32,000 nucleotides of DNA from Pseudoalteromonas translucida KMM 520 (GTDB taxonomy: Bacteria; Pseudomonadota; Gammaproteobacteria; Enterobacterales; Alteromonadaceae). A program made the translations under genes and the position numbers. Positions 8,933 through 17,711 of the stretch are shown piece after piece. The stretch is from NCBI RefSeq assembly GCF_001465295.1, contig NZ_CP011034.1, forward strand, positions 840,001 through 872,000. Reading direction: 5' to 3'. Positions within the stretch are counted from its first letter, which is position 1, and each line of letters opens with the position of its first letter. Below the pieces are notes generated by a model, which did not search any database, was not told the DNA's origin, and saw only the letters and a program-made list of their open reading frames with translations.

Positions 8933-9928
8933 ATGGAAACAAATCACCTCGATAAGCAAAACTTTTTTGATTTAGGTAACTTAAACGCTTTGCGTAAAGA
9001 TGCCTTAAACAGTGGCGACGCGTCTAGTGATGCCTCAAAAGCGGCTCTCAAAAAAGCAGCGGCACAATTTGAAGCCATATTTACGCAAATGCTGCTTAAA
9101 AGCATGCGCAAAGCCAGCGAAGCCTTCGAAGACAAAGAAAGCCCATTAAATTCAAGTAGCGTAAAGTTTTTTGAAGAAATGCATGATCAGCAACTTTCAT
9201 CAGAGCTCTCGTCTAATGGCTCATTAGGGCTTGCCGATTTAATAGTGCAGCAACTTTCTCCTACGGCAAAAAATTACACCCCAGCTTCAGTACTCAGAAC
9301 CAGTAACGATCTTTTAAGCGATCAGCGTGCTGGCATAGAGTTGCCGCAGCAACAGCGTAAAAAAGCCGTAGCCGAGCCTGTAGATAAAAGCGCTATGAAC
9401 ACCGAAAAGCCAGAAGTAGCTAAGCCAAACTTTGAAACAGCCGAAGAGTTTGTAAGTTCGGTATGGGAGCATGCTAAAACAGCGGCTAAAAAAATTGGTT
9501 TAAATCCTGCTGTTATGGTGGCTCAAGCAGCGCTTGAAACCGGTTGGGGTAAGCATATTATTAATAAAAGCGACGGTAACAGCTCAAATAACTTATTTAA
9601 TATTAAGTCAGATAAAAGCTGGCAGGGCGAAAAAGCCAACAAAGTTACCTTAGAGTTTGAACAAGGTGCTGCAGTTAAAAAACAAGCCAGTTTTAGGGCT
9701 TACGACTCAATAAAAGACAGCGTGAACGACTTTGTTGATTTTTTAACCCAAAACCCACGCTATCAACAAGCATTACAAAATACCGCTAAACCGGCAGCGT
9801 TTTTAGACTCATTACAACAAGCCGGTTATGCAACAGACCCAAATTATGCGGATAAAATAAAGCGCGTACTTAACAGTAGCGAGCTAAAAAATATTGCAAC
9901 AAACGTGATCCGCCAAGGAGTAAAGTAA
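8933..9928 (+). CDS. flgJ: Peptidoglycan hydrolase / rod-capping protein FlgJ
   Basis: N-terminal FlgJ rod-binding domain (AAAQFEAIFTQMLLKSMRKA). C-terminal glucosaminidase domain (AQAALETGWGKH...NNLFNIK...YATDPNYADKI). Confidence 0.95.
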   Translation: METNHLDKQNFFDLGNLNALRKDALNSGDASSDASKAALKKAAAQFEAIFTQMLLKSMRKASEAFEDKESPLNSSSVKFFEEMHDQQLSSELSSNGSLGLADLIVQQLSPTAKNYTPASVLRTSNDLLSDQRAGIELPQQQRKKAVAEPVDKSAMNTEKPEVAKPNFETAEEFVSSVWEHAKTAAKKIGLNPAVMVAQAALETGWGKHIINKSDGNSSNNLFNIKSDKSWQGEKANKVTLEFEQGAAVKKQASFRAYDSIKDSVNDFVDFLTQNPRYQQALQNTAKPAAFLDSLQQAGYATDPNYADKIKRVLNSSELKNIATNVIRQGVK

Positions 9929-9929
9929 C

Positions 9930-11942
9930 ATGTCGTTTAATTTATTAAACATTGCCAATTCAGGAATAAGAGCAAACACTGATCTGTTGCAAACAACCAG
10001 TAAAAATATTGCCAATGTAAATACCGACGGCTATGTGCGCGAGCGTACAGAGCATGGCACCATGATCGACAATCAAGTCGGCAAAGGTAATACCTACAGG
10101 TTACTTAATGAATTTGCACAAAAACAATTAAACAGAGACACCTCAAATAAAACGTTTTTTGATCAGTTTGTAAGTGAAGCAAACCGAGTAGACACGTTGT
10201 TTTCGCAAGAAGCGAATAGCTTATCGACTGGTATAAACTCGCTATTTAATAACGTGCAAGAAGCGCTTAATCAGCCATCGTCAACGGTTGCACGTTCGTT
10301 AGTAATGACTAACGCCGATAGCTTAATAAGCCAAATGGATAGGTTATCGGGAATAGTGCTGGATCAAAAAAATGTTGTAAATGAGCAGCTCGAAATATTC
10401 TCCGATGAAGCCAATACCTTAATTCAAAAAATAGGATCGTTAAACCAACAAATTGCTGGTGTTAATGGTACTAACAACGCATCTGCTGCAAGCGGAACAT
10501 ATAACGAGCGCGATAAAGCGATTCGCGATTTATCAGAGTTAATCGACATTGAAACGCTCGACGGCCCCAATGGTGAAAAACTTGTTTTTATGGGCAGCGG
10601 TGAAGCGGTTGTAATGCAAAACGGCTCGTTTAACTTATTTTCGATGCGCGGCGACCCCGATCCAAACTTTAAAGAACTGCGCTTAGATGTAAATGGCGGC
10701 AAAGCTGTGCCGCTTGAGGTTGATGCCAGTAAATTAAAAGGCAAAATAGGTGGTTTACTTGCCTTCAGAGACGATATTTTAGTACCTGCACAAAATCAAA
10801 TAGGCCAAATGGGTTTAGCGTTAGCAGATGCATTTAATCAGCAAAACCGTTTGGGAATGGATGCTAACGGTAAATTGGGTGGCGATATATTCAATATACC
10901 TACGGCAAAGGGGTTTGCCTATCAAGCTAATACCGGCGGTGCGGGTGTTAGTGCAACAGTAGAACCCGGTAAAGGCAGTAATTTACCAGCCAGTGATTTT
11001 ATTGTGACTTATACAGCAAACCCAAATGAAGTGAGTATTCAGCCAGTAGATAATAAAGGTGAGCCATTAGGCGCTGCTACAACAGCAACATTTGTAGGCG
11101 GCGAAATTAACTCGGTAAATAACCCTGGTGTTGATTTATTTGGCTTGCAGCTGACTATGGCTGGTGCAGGTAATGAAGGCGATAAATTTCAAATTAAACT
11201 TAACTCAGAAGCCGCCGCTAATATCACTCTCGCCACCGGGCGCGGTGAAGACCTAGCGCTCGCATCGCCAATACGCACCGCCGATGACATAAATAATACC
11301 GGTAGTGGCGCTATTTCTGCAGGCAGTGTGAGTAGTGTTACCGCTGGTGGTTTTACAACTACGACTCCTCCTGCACTCGCTAATGGAGATATAACCATAG
11401 TTAAAGCAGCGGGTACAAATGATTACTTAATTAGCGATGGAAACGGTGCCAATGTGCCAATTACTATTGCACCACCAGGTAAAAATGTTTTGGCTGGCCT
11501 TGGTGCTCCTTATGACGGTTATGGCTTTGATTTTGATATTGAAGGCTCGCCAGCAACAGGCGATAGCTTTACGTTAGAGTTTAACAAAGGCGGCTTTGAC
11601 GATAACCGCAATGGCTTAAAGTTAGCCGAGTTACAAAATGGTGACTTGGTGCGTCAAAATGTTGTTTCAAGCTCAGATGCCGATAACCATAAAACGTTTA
11701 ACCAAGCGTATGCCGGATTAGTAACCGATATTGGTGTGGTAACAGGCCAAGCTAAAACAAACGGCGCAGCATTCGACGCACTCGCACAGCAGTCAGAGGC
11801 ATGGTACGAGTCGTTATCTGGGGTAAACCTTGACGAAGAAGCGGCTAATTTACTGCGCTTTCAACAATCTTACGCGGCTTCAGCTCAGGTGCTTTCTGCT
11901 GCACGTTCTATTTTTGACACTTTACTTAGTGCCACGAGGTAA
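9930..11942 (+). CDS. flgK: Hook-associated protein 1 FlgK
   Basis: N-terminus NIANSGIRANTDLLQTTSKNIANVNTDGYVR and C-terminus SGVNLDEEAANLLRFQQSYAASAQVLSAARSIFDTLL are FlgK signatures. 670 aa. Confidence 0.95.
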   Translation: MSFNLLNIANSGIRANTDLLQTTSKNIANVNTDGYVRERTEHGTMIDNQVGKGNTYRLLNEFAQKQLNRDTSNKTFFDQFVSEANRVDTLFSQEANSLSTGINSLFNNVQEALNQPSSTVARSLVMTNADSLISQMDRLSGIVLDQKNVVNEQLEIFSDEANTLIQKIGSLNQQIAGVNGTNNASAASGTYNERDKAIRDLSELIDIETLDGPNGEKLVFMGSGEAVVMQNGSFNLFSMRGDPDPNFKELRLDVNGGKAVPLEVDASKLKGKIGGLLAFRDDILVPAQNQIGQMGLALADAFNQQNRLGMDANGKLGGDIFNIPTAKGFAYQANTGGAGVSATVEPGKGSNLPASDFIVTYTANPNEVSIQPVDNKGEPLGAATTATFVGGEINSVNNPGVDLFGLQLTMAGAGNEGDKFQIKLNSEAAANITLATGRGEDLALASPIRTADDINNTGSGAISAGSVSSVTAGGFTTTTPPALANGDITIVKAAGTNDYLISDGNGANVPITIAPPGKNVLAGLGAPYDGYGFDFDIEGSPATGDSFTLEFNKGGFDDNRNGLKLAELQNGDLVRQNVVSSSDADNHKTFNQAYAGLVTDIGVVTGQAKTNGAAFDALAQQSEAWYESLSGVNLDEEAANLLRFQQSYAASAQVLSAARSIFDTLLSATR

Positions 11943-11944
11943 TT

Positions 11945-13204
11945 ATGCGCTTATCAAATAACTTAATGTATCAAAACAGCATTAATAAAATACTACAAAA
12001 TCAAAATGGCGTAGCAAACGCACAAGAGCGAGTAAATACTGGGCAAAAGTATTTATCTACCTCAGAAGCGCCTGCCGATATATCGCAAGCTATGCTATAT
12101 ACCAATAAAATACAAAGTAATGAGCAATATACAAAAAATATTAATCAGCTCAATGGCCGACTAAAAACCGAAGAAAGCGTACTGCAAGGTATTAACGAAA
12201 GTATTCAAGCGGCTAAAGACATTGCTTTAAAAGCAGGTAATGGCGCATACAGTAAAGACGACTTAAAGTCGTTAGCGTCGGAGCTAACCGAAATACAAAA
12301 AACGTTAGCTAATTTAATGAACACCCGTTCAGAAGACGGTAAATATATATTTTCAGGCTACCAAGACAGCACGCAACCGTATCAGTTTGATGCCGCCAGC
12401 GGCAAATACAATTACCAAGGCGATCAAGGTCAGCATAAAATTACTATTGCCGAAGGTGTGTCAATTAAATCTAGCGACAACGGCTACGACACCTTTGAAA
12501 AAACCAATGCACGCCTCGATGTAACATCTAATGCAGGCGATGCAACAAGTACGCTTGCGGGTTCTGTTTATGTAGATAAACAAGGCGTGTTCGATCAGTT
12601 TCATAAAGAGCAATATAACGCTGATCCAGACCCTTTAGTGTCAGCCACAGCAAATACTTTTAATGTAGTGGTTACTGCCGGTGCTAACCCAGGCGATCTG
12701 GATCAGTATGAAATTTTACGAGATGGAGTAGCGCAAACACCACCTGTTAGCGGAAATGTAACCGACGAGCCAATAGAGTTTGCCGGAATGAAAATTCAGC
12801 TCACTGGCGCAGCACCTGGGCAGCAGCTCGATTTTAGCCTAGAAAAACCCCACAAAGAAAACGTACTTAATACGCTACAAGGTTTAATTACAGGCTTAAA
12901 TAATGGCACGCTTACGGGGGACGATTTTCAGCAAGTACTTAACGATGGTGTAACGCAGCTGCAAAACGCCAGCGAACAAGTCGTGTTTACCCAAGCCAGT
13001 TTAGGCGGGCGGATGAATGTGCTAGAAAGAGTAACCGACTCTAACTCTGCGTTAGACATTCAAAACCAAAGTAATCGTTCAAGCCTGCTTGAAGTAGATA
13101 TGGCCGCTGCAATTAGCGAACTCACTCAGCAAGAAACCGCACTCCAGGCGTCGCAGGCCACATTTGGCCGTTTAGCTAAATTATCACTATTTGATTATAT
13201 TTAA
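11945..13204 (+). CDS. flgL: Hook-associated protein 3 FlgL
   Basis: Flagellin-like N-terminal (MRLSNNLMYQNS...) and C-terminal (LGGRMNVLE...VDMAAAISELTQQETALQASQATFGRL) helices. Located directly after flgK. Confidence 0.93.
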   Translation: MRLSNNLMYQNSINKILQNQNGVANAQERVNTGQKYLSTSEAPADISQAMLYTNKIQSNEQYTKNINQLNGRLKTEESVLQGINESIQAAKDIALKAGNGAYSKDDLKSLASELTEIQKTLANLMNTRSEDGKYIFSGYQDSTQPYQFDAASGKYNYQGDQGQHKITIAEGVSIKSSDNGYDTFEKTNARLDVTSNAGDATSTLAGSVYVDKQGVFDQFHKEQYNADPDPLVSATANTFNVVVTAGANPGDLDQYEILRDGVAQTPPVSGNVTDEPIEFAGMKIQLTGAAPGQQLDFSLEKPHKENVLNTLQGLITGLNNGTLTGDDFQQVLNDGVTQLQNASEQVVFTQASLGGRMNVLERVTDSNSALDIQNQSNRSSLLEVDMAAAISELTQQETALQASQATFGRLAKLSLFDYI

Positions 13205-13211
13205 AGATAAA

Positions 13212-13390
13212 GAGCAGGTTTGAGGTGTCAGGTATCAGGTTTTAGGTAGAAATTAACCAAGCACGGTGTGAAAGAGCAGGTTTTAGGTGTCAGGTATCAG
13301 GTTTTAGGTAGAAATTAACCAAGAACGGTGTGAAAGAGCAGGTTTGAGGTGTCAGGTATCAGGTTTTAGGCAAAAACTAGTCAAGCTAGG
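13212..13390 (+). repeat. Family-1 tandem repeat: about 2.9 copies of a 62-bp unit with internal 7-nt AGGT periodicity
   Basis: Units start at 13212, 13274 and 13336 (GAGCAGGTTTKAGGTGTCAGGTATCAGGTTTTAGGTAGAAATTAACCAAGMACGGTGTGAAA). The first two differ at about 2 positions and the third diverges at its 3' end. Inside each unit: CAGGTTT GAGGTGT CAGGTAT CAGGTTT TAGGTAG. Confidence 0.9.
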
Positions 13391-13407
13391 CGTTTTTGTT
13401 GATGGAG

Positions 13408-13431
13408 GCGCGGTTATATACCGCGCTTTTT
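13408..13431 (+). terminator. Rho-independent terminator of the flgJKL unit (downstream of the tandem repeat)
   Basis: GC-rich stem GCGCGGT / ACCGCGC with a 5-nt loop, followed by TTTTT. Confidence 0.8.
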
Positions 13432-13502
13432 GGTTATCGACTATCTGACACCTTTAGTTTTTTGTCATTTACTGCTTTTTGTGCAAATGAATTTAAGTAA
13501 AT

Positions 13503-13670
13503 TTATTCACAAATAGGCTAAGAGGGCGCTACGCTTTAGAGAAGAAAAAACACAAAAATTACCAGTTTAAGTTATTCTTCATTTACCCTCATTGTTTTCT
13601 CTTTGTGAAAAATAATATTTGAATGCTTTATTCACAAGAAGGCTAAGAGGGTGCTGCGCTTTAGAGAACC
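13503..13670 (+). repeat. Family-2 intergenic repeat, copy B (about 1.4 units, period about 125 bp)
   Basis: TTATTCACAAATAGGCTAAGAGGGCGCTACGCTTTAGAGAAGAA (13503-13546) recurs as TTATTCACAAGAAGGCTAAGAGGGTGCTGCGCTTTAGAGAA (13628-13668). The internal inverted partner CTCTTTGTGAA is at 13599-13609. Confidence 0.85.
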
Positions 13671-13856
13671 AAACACACTAAAGTAAAAAACATGTCATAT
13701 CCCGGTAATCGCCCCCGAATATCACCACTGATCCAAGCGGCAAAAAACTGTCACTATTTATTAACTTTCTATTATAAAGCTCGGTTTCACTTTCAAACTA
13801 AATTTAATGTTTATAATTTCACTTTAAAAACAATGTATTGAGCTCTTTAGTTGAGT

Positions 13857-13872
13857 TGGCACAAAACCTGCT
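13857..13872 (+). promoter_or_regulatory. Sigma54 promoter for flagellin gene 1
   Basis: TGGCACAAAACCTGCT has a perfect -24 TGGCAC, a -12 CTGC and correct spacing, 77 nt upstream of the ATG. Confidence 0.75.
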
Positions 13873-13948
13873 TTATTAACTGCATCTAATAGTGGTTCCT
13901 GCAAAAGCATTTTGAACCACATCCTGTTCAACACTCGGAGATGGTAAA

Positions 13949-15370
13949 ATGGCATTAACAGTAAATACTAATGTGTCGTCACTAAACGCACAACGTAACT
14001 TATCTAAATCAGGTCAGGGTTTAGCTACTTCAATGGAGCGACTGTCTTCTGGTATGCGTATTAATAGCGCAAAAGACGATGCAGCAGGCCTGCAAATTTC
14101 AAACCGATTAACATCACAAATAAATGGCTTAGCAGTTGCTCAACGAAATGCTAACGATGGTATTTCTATGGCACAAACTGCTGAGGGCGCGATGGGCGAA
14201 TCAACAAATATTTTGCAGCGAATGCGAGAGCTTGCATTGCAATCAGCCAATGGTTCAAATTCAAAAGAAGATAGAGATTCATTACAAAAAGAAGTTGCAG
14301 CACTTCAAACCGAGCTAACAAGAATAGCAGATACAACATCTTTTGGTGGGCAACAACTTTTAGATGGTAGCTATGGAACTAAATCATTTCAAGTCGGTGC
14401 TAATGCAAATGAACTAATTAATATTACGTTAAGTAGCGTAGCTGCTGACGATATAGGAGGGACCTTTGCTCAAGGTTCTACAAGCGGAACTAATTTTGGG
14501 CTTGCAGCTGCTTCTAGTACTGTTTTTGCTACTAGTGGTGCAACGGCGCAAACTTTTACCTTAAATTCAGGTGGTGAATCTACAAGTGTTTCTATAGATG
14601 CAGAATCCACAGCTACAAGTACGGCAAGCCAGATTAATGCTGCAGACTCACTAGTTAAAGCTGAAGCGGTGGCAAAAGTAGATATTACTTTAGCTGGCAG
14701 CGTTGGCGGGCTTCTGACTATTGGCAATGAAGATATAGACCTTACTGGTGAAACTAATGCAACATTAACGGCTAAACTAACAGAGCAAGGGTACGATGCT
14801 AAAATTGTTGGTGGATTAATACAATTGGATGTTCGCGGTGTCGATGGTGTAACGATCCAAAAAGATTCAGATGCATTACCTGCTAACACTATCCTAGTTA
14901 ACTTTAGAGATGATACAACTAATACTACAGCATTAAGTGCTGGCAACTCATCTTTTACGTTGACCTCAGCAATAGAGTTTTCGTCTGAGAGGTCTTTTGA
15001 TGTTACAAATGGCGGAACTATAACAGGTGTGGTAAATGAGCTTTCTGAAGAGCAAACCGTCGATACTATAGACATTTCAACACAAGCGGGCTCGCAACGC
15101 GCGCTTTCACTAATAGATTCAGCTATTTCAGATATTGACAGTCAGCGTGCTGGCTTAGGTGCGGTGCAAAATCGTTTTAGTCATACTATTAGTAATCTTG
15201 CTAATATATCTGAAAATGTATCAGCATCACGCAGCCGTATTCAAGATACTGACTTTGCAACAGAAACAGCGCAAATGACTAAAAATCAAATATTACAACA
15301 AGCGGGTACGTCTATCTTGTCGCAAGCGAACCAAATACCACAAGCAGCAATTAGTTTATTAGGCGGCTAA
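13949..15370 (+). CDS. Flagellin (sigma54-driven paralogue, flaA-like in the Vibrio sense)
   Basis: Canonical flagellin N-terminus ([15 protein letters not shown]...[24 protein letters not shown]) and C-terminus (LGAVQNRF...[34 protein letters not shown]). 473 aa. Confidence 0.97.
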   Translation: MALTVNTNVSSLNAQRNLSKSGQGLATSMERLSSGMRINSAKDDAAGLQISNRLTSQINGLAVAQRNANDGISMAQTAEGAMGESTNILQRMRELALQSANGSNSKEDRDSLQKEVAALQTELTRIADTTSFGGQQLLDGSYGTKSFQVGANANELINITLSSVAADDIGGTFAQGSTSGTNFGLAAASSTVFATSGATAQTFTLNSGGESTSVSIDAESTATSTASQINAADSLVKAEAVAKVDITLAGSVGGLLTIGNEDIDLTGETNATLTAKLTEQGYDAKIVGGLIQLDVRGVDGVTIQKDSDALPANTILVNFRDDTTNTTALSAGNSSFTLTSAIEFSSERSFDVTNGGTITGVVNELSEEQTVDTIDISTQAGSQRALSLIDSAISDIDSQRAGLGAVQNRFSHTISNLANISENVSASRSRIQDTDFATETAQMTKNQILQQAGTSILSQANQIPQAAISLLGG

Positions 15371-15399
15371 TTATCTGTTTAACTAATAACTGAACGTAT

Positions 15400-15427
15400 A
15401 AACGCACTTTATTAAGTGCGTTTTTTG
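15400..15427 (+). terminator. Rho-independent terminator after flagellin gene 1
   Basis: Stem AAACGCACTT / AAGTGCGTTT with loop TATT, followed by a T-run. Confidence 0.85.
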
Positions 15428-15513
15428 TTGTTAAAATTACTCATTTAATTCTCTTATAAAGCAGTGTCTTACATAATGCTTGTTAAATAGTTTAATTTAT
15501 TTATAAAATATTC

Positions 15514-15541
15514 CTAAAGATAATTTATCTCCTGCCGTTAA
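15514..15541 (+). promoter_or_regulatory. Sigma28 (FliA) promoter for flagellin gene 2
   Basis: CTAAAG-N14-GCCGTTAA compared with the flagellar sigma28 consensus (C)TAAAG-N14/15-GCCGATAA. It lies 90 nt upstream of the ATG. Confidence 0.75.
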
Positions 15542-15630
15542 CTTAATCAGTTCGGAGCTGAGCATACATTTGTGACAGCTCTTGGTTAAATTAAAATAGT
15601 AACATTACGAAAGTAATCAGGAGTTTTATC

Positions 15631-17043
15631 ATGGCTATATCAGTAAATACAAACGTATCTTCACTAAACGCTCAACGTAACCTTTCTAAATCAGGCCAGA
15701 GCTTAGCTACTTCAATGGAACGTCTATCATCAGGCATGCGTATCAATAGTGCAAAGGATGATGCGGCAGGTATGCAAATTTCAAACCGCCTTACATCACA
15801 AATAAATGGTTTAGGTGTAGCTCAGCGTAACGCTAACGATGGTATTTCAATGGCGCAAACAGCTGAAGGTGCGATGAGCGAATCAACAAGCATCCTGCAA
15901 CGTATGCGTGAATTAGCACTGCAATCAGCGAATGGTTCAAACTCTAAAGAAGACCGTGATTCGTTACAAAAGGAAGTAAGTGCTTTACAAAGCGAATTAA
16001 CACGTATTGCAGAAACAACTTCTTTCGGTGGTCAGCAATTATTAGACGGTAGTTTTGGCACGAAATCATTTCAGATTGGCTCTAACGCTAACGAATTGAT
16101 CAACGTTTCACTTAAAGATATTTCTGCTGACAAAATAGGCGGAACATTCGCAAATGCAGTTCAAGCCGGAACTATTTTTGGTGCAGCTGATAATAATGCT
16201 GTTTTTGAAACAAGTGGAGCTGCAGCTCAAACTTTAAGCTTTCTTTCTGGTGGTGCAACAACTAATGTTGTTATTGATGCTGAATCATCAGTAACTGATG
16301 CAGCAGCAGCTATAAATGCATCTGATTCCCCTGTTAAAGCCTCTGCTGTAGCGCAAGTTGATATTTCAGTTGCAACTGCTACAGGTGTATTAACTATTGG
16401 TGAGAATGAATTTGCTTTTAGTGCAGCTACTAACACAACATTAGAGGCGCAATTACAAGAGGCTGGTTATGATGCAAAAATTGTAGGTAGTGTTATCCAG
16501 CTTAACGTAAGCGGCGTAGATGGTGTTTCAATTCAAAAAAGTGCAGATTCCACCGCAGCAAATACAGTTGGCTTAGCTGCCAGAGGTACTGTACCTACTC
16601 AAGTAGGTGCAGACAATGCTGCAAATAGCTACACTTCTGCTTTAGAGTTTTCTTCAGAGACGTCATTTACTGTTTCAGGTGCTACAACTTTGGCAAACAC
16701 CGCTGCGAGCGCTGTATTAGCAACAGAGCAAAAAATTAATACAGTTGATATATCAACTCAGGCTGGCTCACAGCGTGCTATCTCTTTAATAGACTCTGCT
16801 ATTTCAGAAATTGATTCACAGCGTGCTGATTTAGGTGCGGTTCAAAACCGTTTTGGCCACACAATTAGTAACTTGGCTAATATATCTGAAAACGTATCTG
16901 CTTCACGTAGTCGTATTCAAGATACTGACTTTGCAACCGAAACTGCGCAGATGACGAAAAACCAAATATTGCAACAAGCAGGTACGTCAATCTTGTCGCA
17001 AGCGAACCAGTTACCACAAGCAGCACTTAGCTTACTAGGTTAA
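15631..17043 (+). CDS. Flagellin (sigma28-driven paralogue)
   Basis: The termini are the same conserved flagellin sequences as the upstream paralogue, while the central roughly 200 aa are diverged. 470 aa. Confidence 0.97.
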   Translation: MAISVNTNVSSLNAQRNLSKSGQSLATSMERLSSGMRINSAKDDAAGMQISNRLTSQINGLGVAQRNANDGISMAQTAEGAMSESTSILQRMRELALQSANGSNSKEDRDSLQKEVSALQSELTRIAETTSFGGQQLLDGSFGTKSFQIGSNANELINVSLKDISADKIGGTFANAVQAGTIFGAADNNAVFETSGAAAQTLSFLSGGATTNVVIDAESSVTDAAAAINASDSPVKASAVAQVDISVATATGVLTIGENEFAFSAATNTTLEAQLQEAGYDAKIVGSVIQLNVSGVDGVSIQKSADSTAANTVGLAARGTVPTQVGADNAANSYTSALEFSSETSFTVSGATTLANTAASAVLATEQKINTVDISTQAGSQRAISLIDSAISEIDSQRADLGAVQNRFGHTISNLANISENVSASRSRIQDTDFATETAQMTKNQILQQAGTSILSQANQLPQAALSLLG

Positions 17044-17115
17044 TAGCTAAGAGTTTATTAGGCATTAGCTTATTAATAGCTAACTAATACCAAAGTCTGT
17101 ATTAGTAATTTAAAA

Positions 17116-17147
17116 AAAGGAGATGGCTTTGTTCATCTCCTTTTGTC
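17116..17147 (+). terminator. Rho-independent terminator after flagellin gene 2
   Basis: Stem AAAGGAGATG / CATCTCCTTT with an 8-nt loop, followed by TTGTCGTTT. Confidence 0.8.
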
Positions 17148-17162
17148 GTTTAACTTACTAAA

Positions 17163-17190
17163 TTAAGCTAATTTATAAATAGTGTATAAT
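17163..17190 (+). promoter_or_regulatory. Candidate sigma70-like promoter for flaG-fliD (weak call)
   Basis: TTAAGC-N16-TATAAT sits between the flagellin terminator and flaG. I found no sigma54 or sigma28 match in this gap. Confidence 0.3.
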
Positions 17191-17214
17191 GTTTAAAACT
17201 ATTTAGGAGGCGTT

Positions 17215-17628
17215 ATGAATACAATTACCTCAGGCGCAGAAGTTTTAGTAACGGCAAGTAACACTGGGCAAGCTAGCGAAAGTAAAGCAGGGCAAGCAAG
17301 TGCTGTACTAACGGCTAGTGCCATTGATGATGTTAAAAAAAGTGGTTCACAAGCACAACAATATCAAAGTAATGCCGACACTGCTACACAGCAGCAACCG
17401 TTAGAGCGTGAACAGCTTGAAAAAGTGGCGCAGCAATTGCAGGATTTTATGGGCGAAATGAACCGCAGTTTGCAATTTCAGGTTGATGAAGACTCAGGCC
17501 GCGATGTAATTAAAGTGCTCGATAAAACCACTGGCGATGTAATTAAACAATACCCTTCGGAAGAAGTGTTAAGTTTAGTGTCTAAGTTGTCTGAAACTGC
17601 GGGTTTATTAATTGACCAAACGGTATAG
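17215..17628 (+). CDS. flaG: Flagellar protein FlaG
   Basis: Small protein with the FlaG-family C-terminal block (LQFQVDEDSGRDVIKVLDKTTGDVIKQYPSEE). Position between flagellin and fliD fits. Confidence 0.9.
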   Translation: MNTITSGAEVLVTASNTGQASESKAGQASAVLTASAIDDVKKSGSQAQQYQSNADTATQQQPLEREQLEKVAQQLQDFMGEMNRSLQFQVDEDSGRDVIKVLDKTTGDVIKQYPSEEVLSLVSKLSETAGLLIDQTV

Positions 17629-17711
17629 CTATATATTTATATTACTAAATAGTAGCTGCGTTTTTTAAGTTTTTTGTTTTTTATTTAAAAGTGTAAAAAG
17701 GGGGTATAAAC

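Noticed and set aside
13212-13390. The tandem repeat as a CRISPR array, or as a CsrB/RsmZ-like CsrA sponge.
   Set aside because: It is not CRISPR because the units are directly abutting with no unique spacers, and no cas genes are present. It is not a CsrA sponge because the phased motif is AGGT/AGGU, not the GGA core (A-N-GGA) that CsrA requires.
13560-13610. Mini-ORFs on the minus strand inside family-2 repeats (MRVNEE, MRGNEKPIKQVI, MRMGVNEE).
   Set aside because: Length and reading frame are not conserved among copies. Indels between copies shift the frame, so the element behaves as non-coding DNA.
14470-15075. 201-aa ORF antisense to flagellin gene 1. Similar antisense or alternate-frame ORFs occur at 3294-3758, 7830-8204, 10424-10744, 18239-18532 and 28490-28990.
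   Set aside because: All are fully embedded in strongly supported flagellar CDSs on the other strand or frame. They have low-complexity Ser/Ala/Pro/Val-rich translations typical of reverse-frame reading, lack RBSs and resemble no known family.
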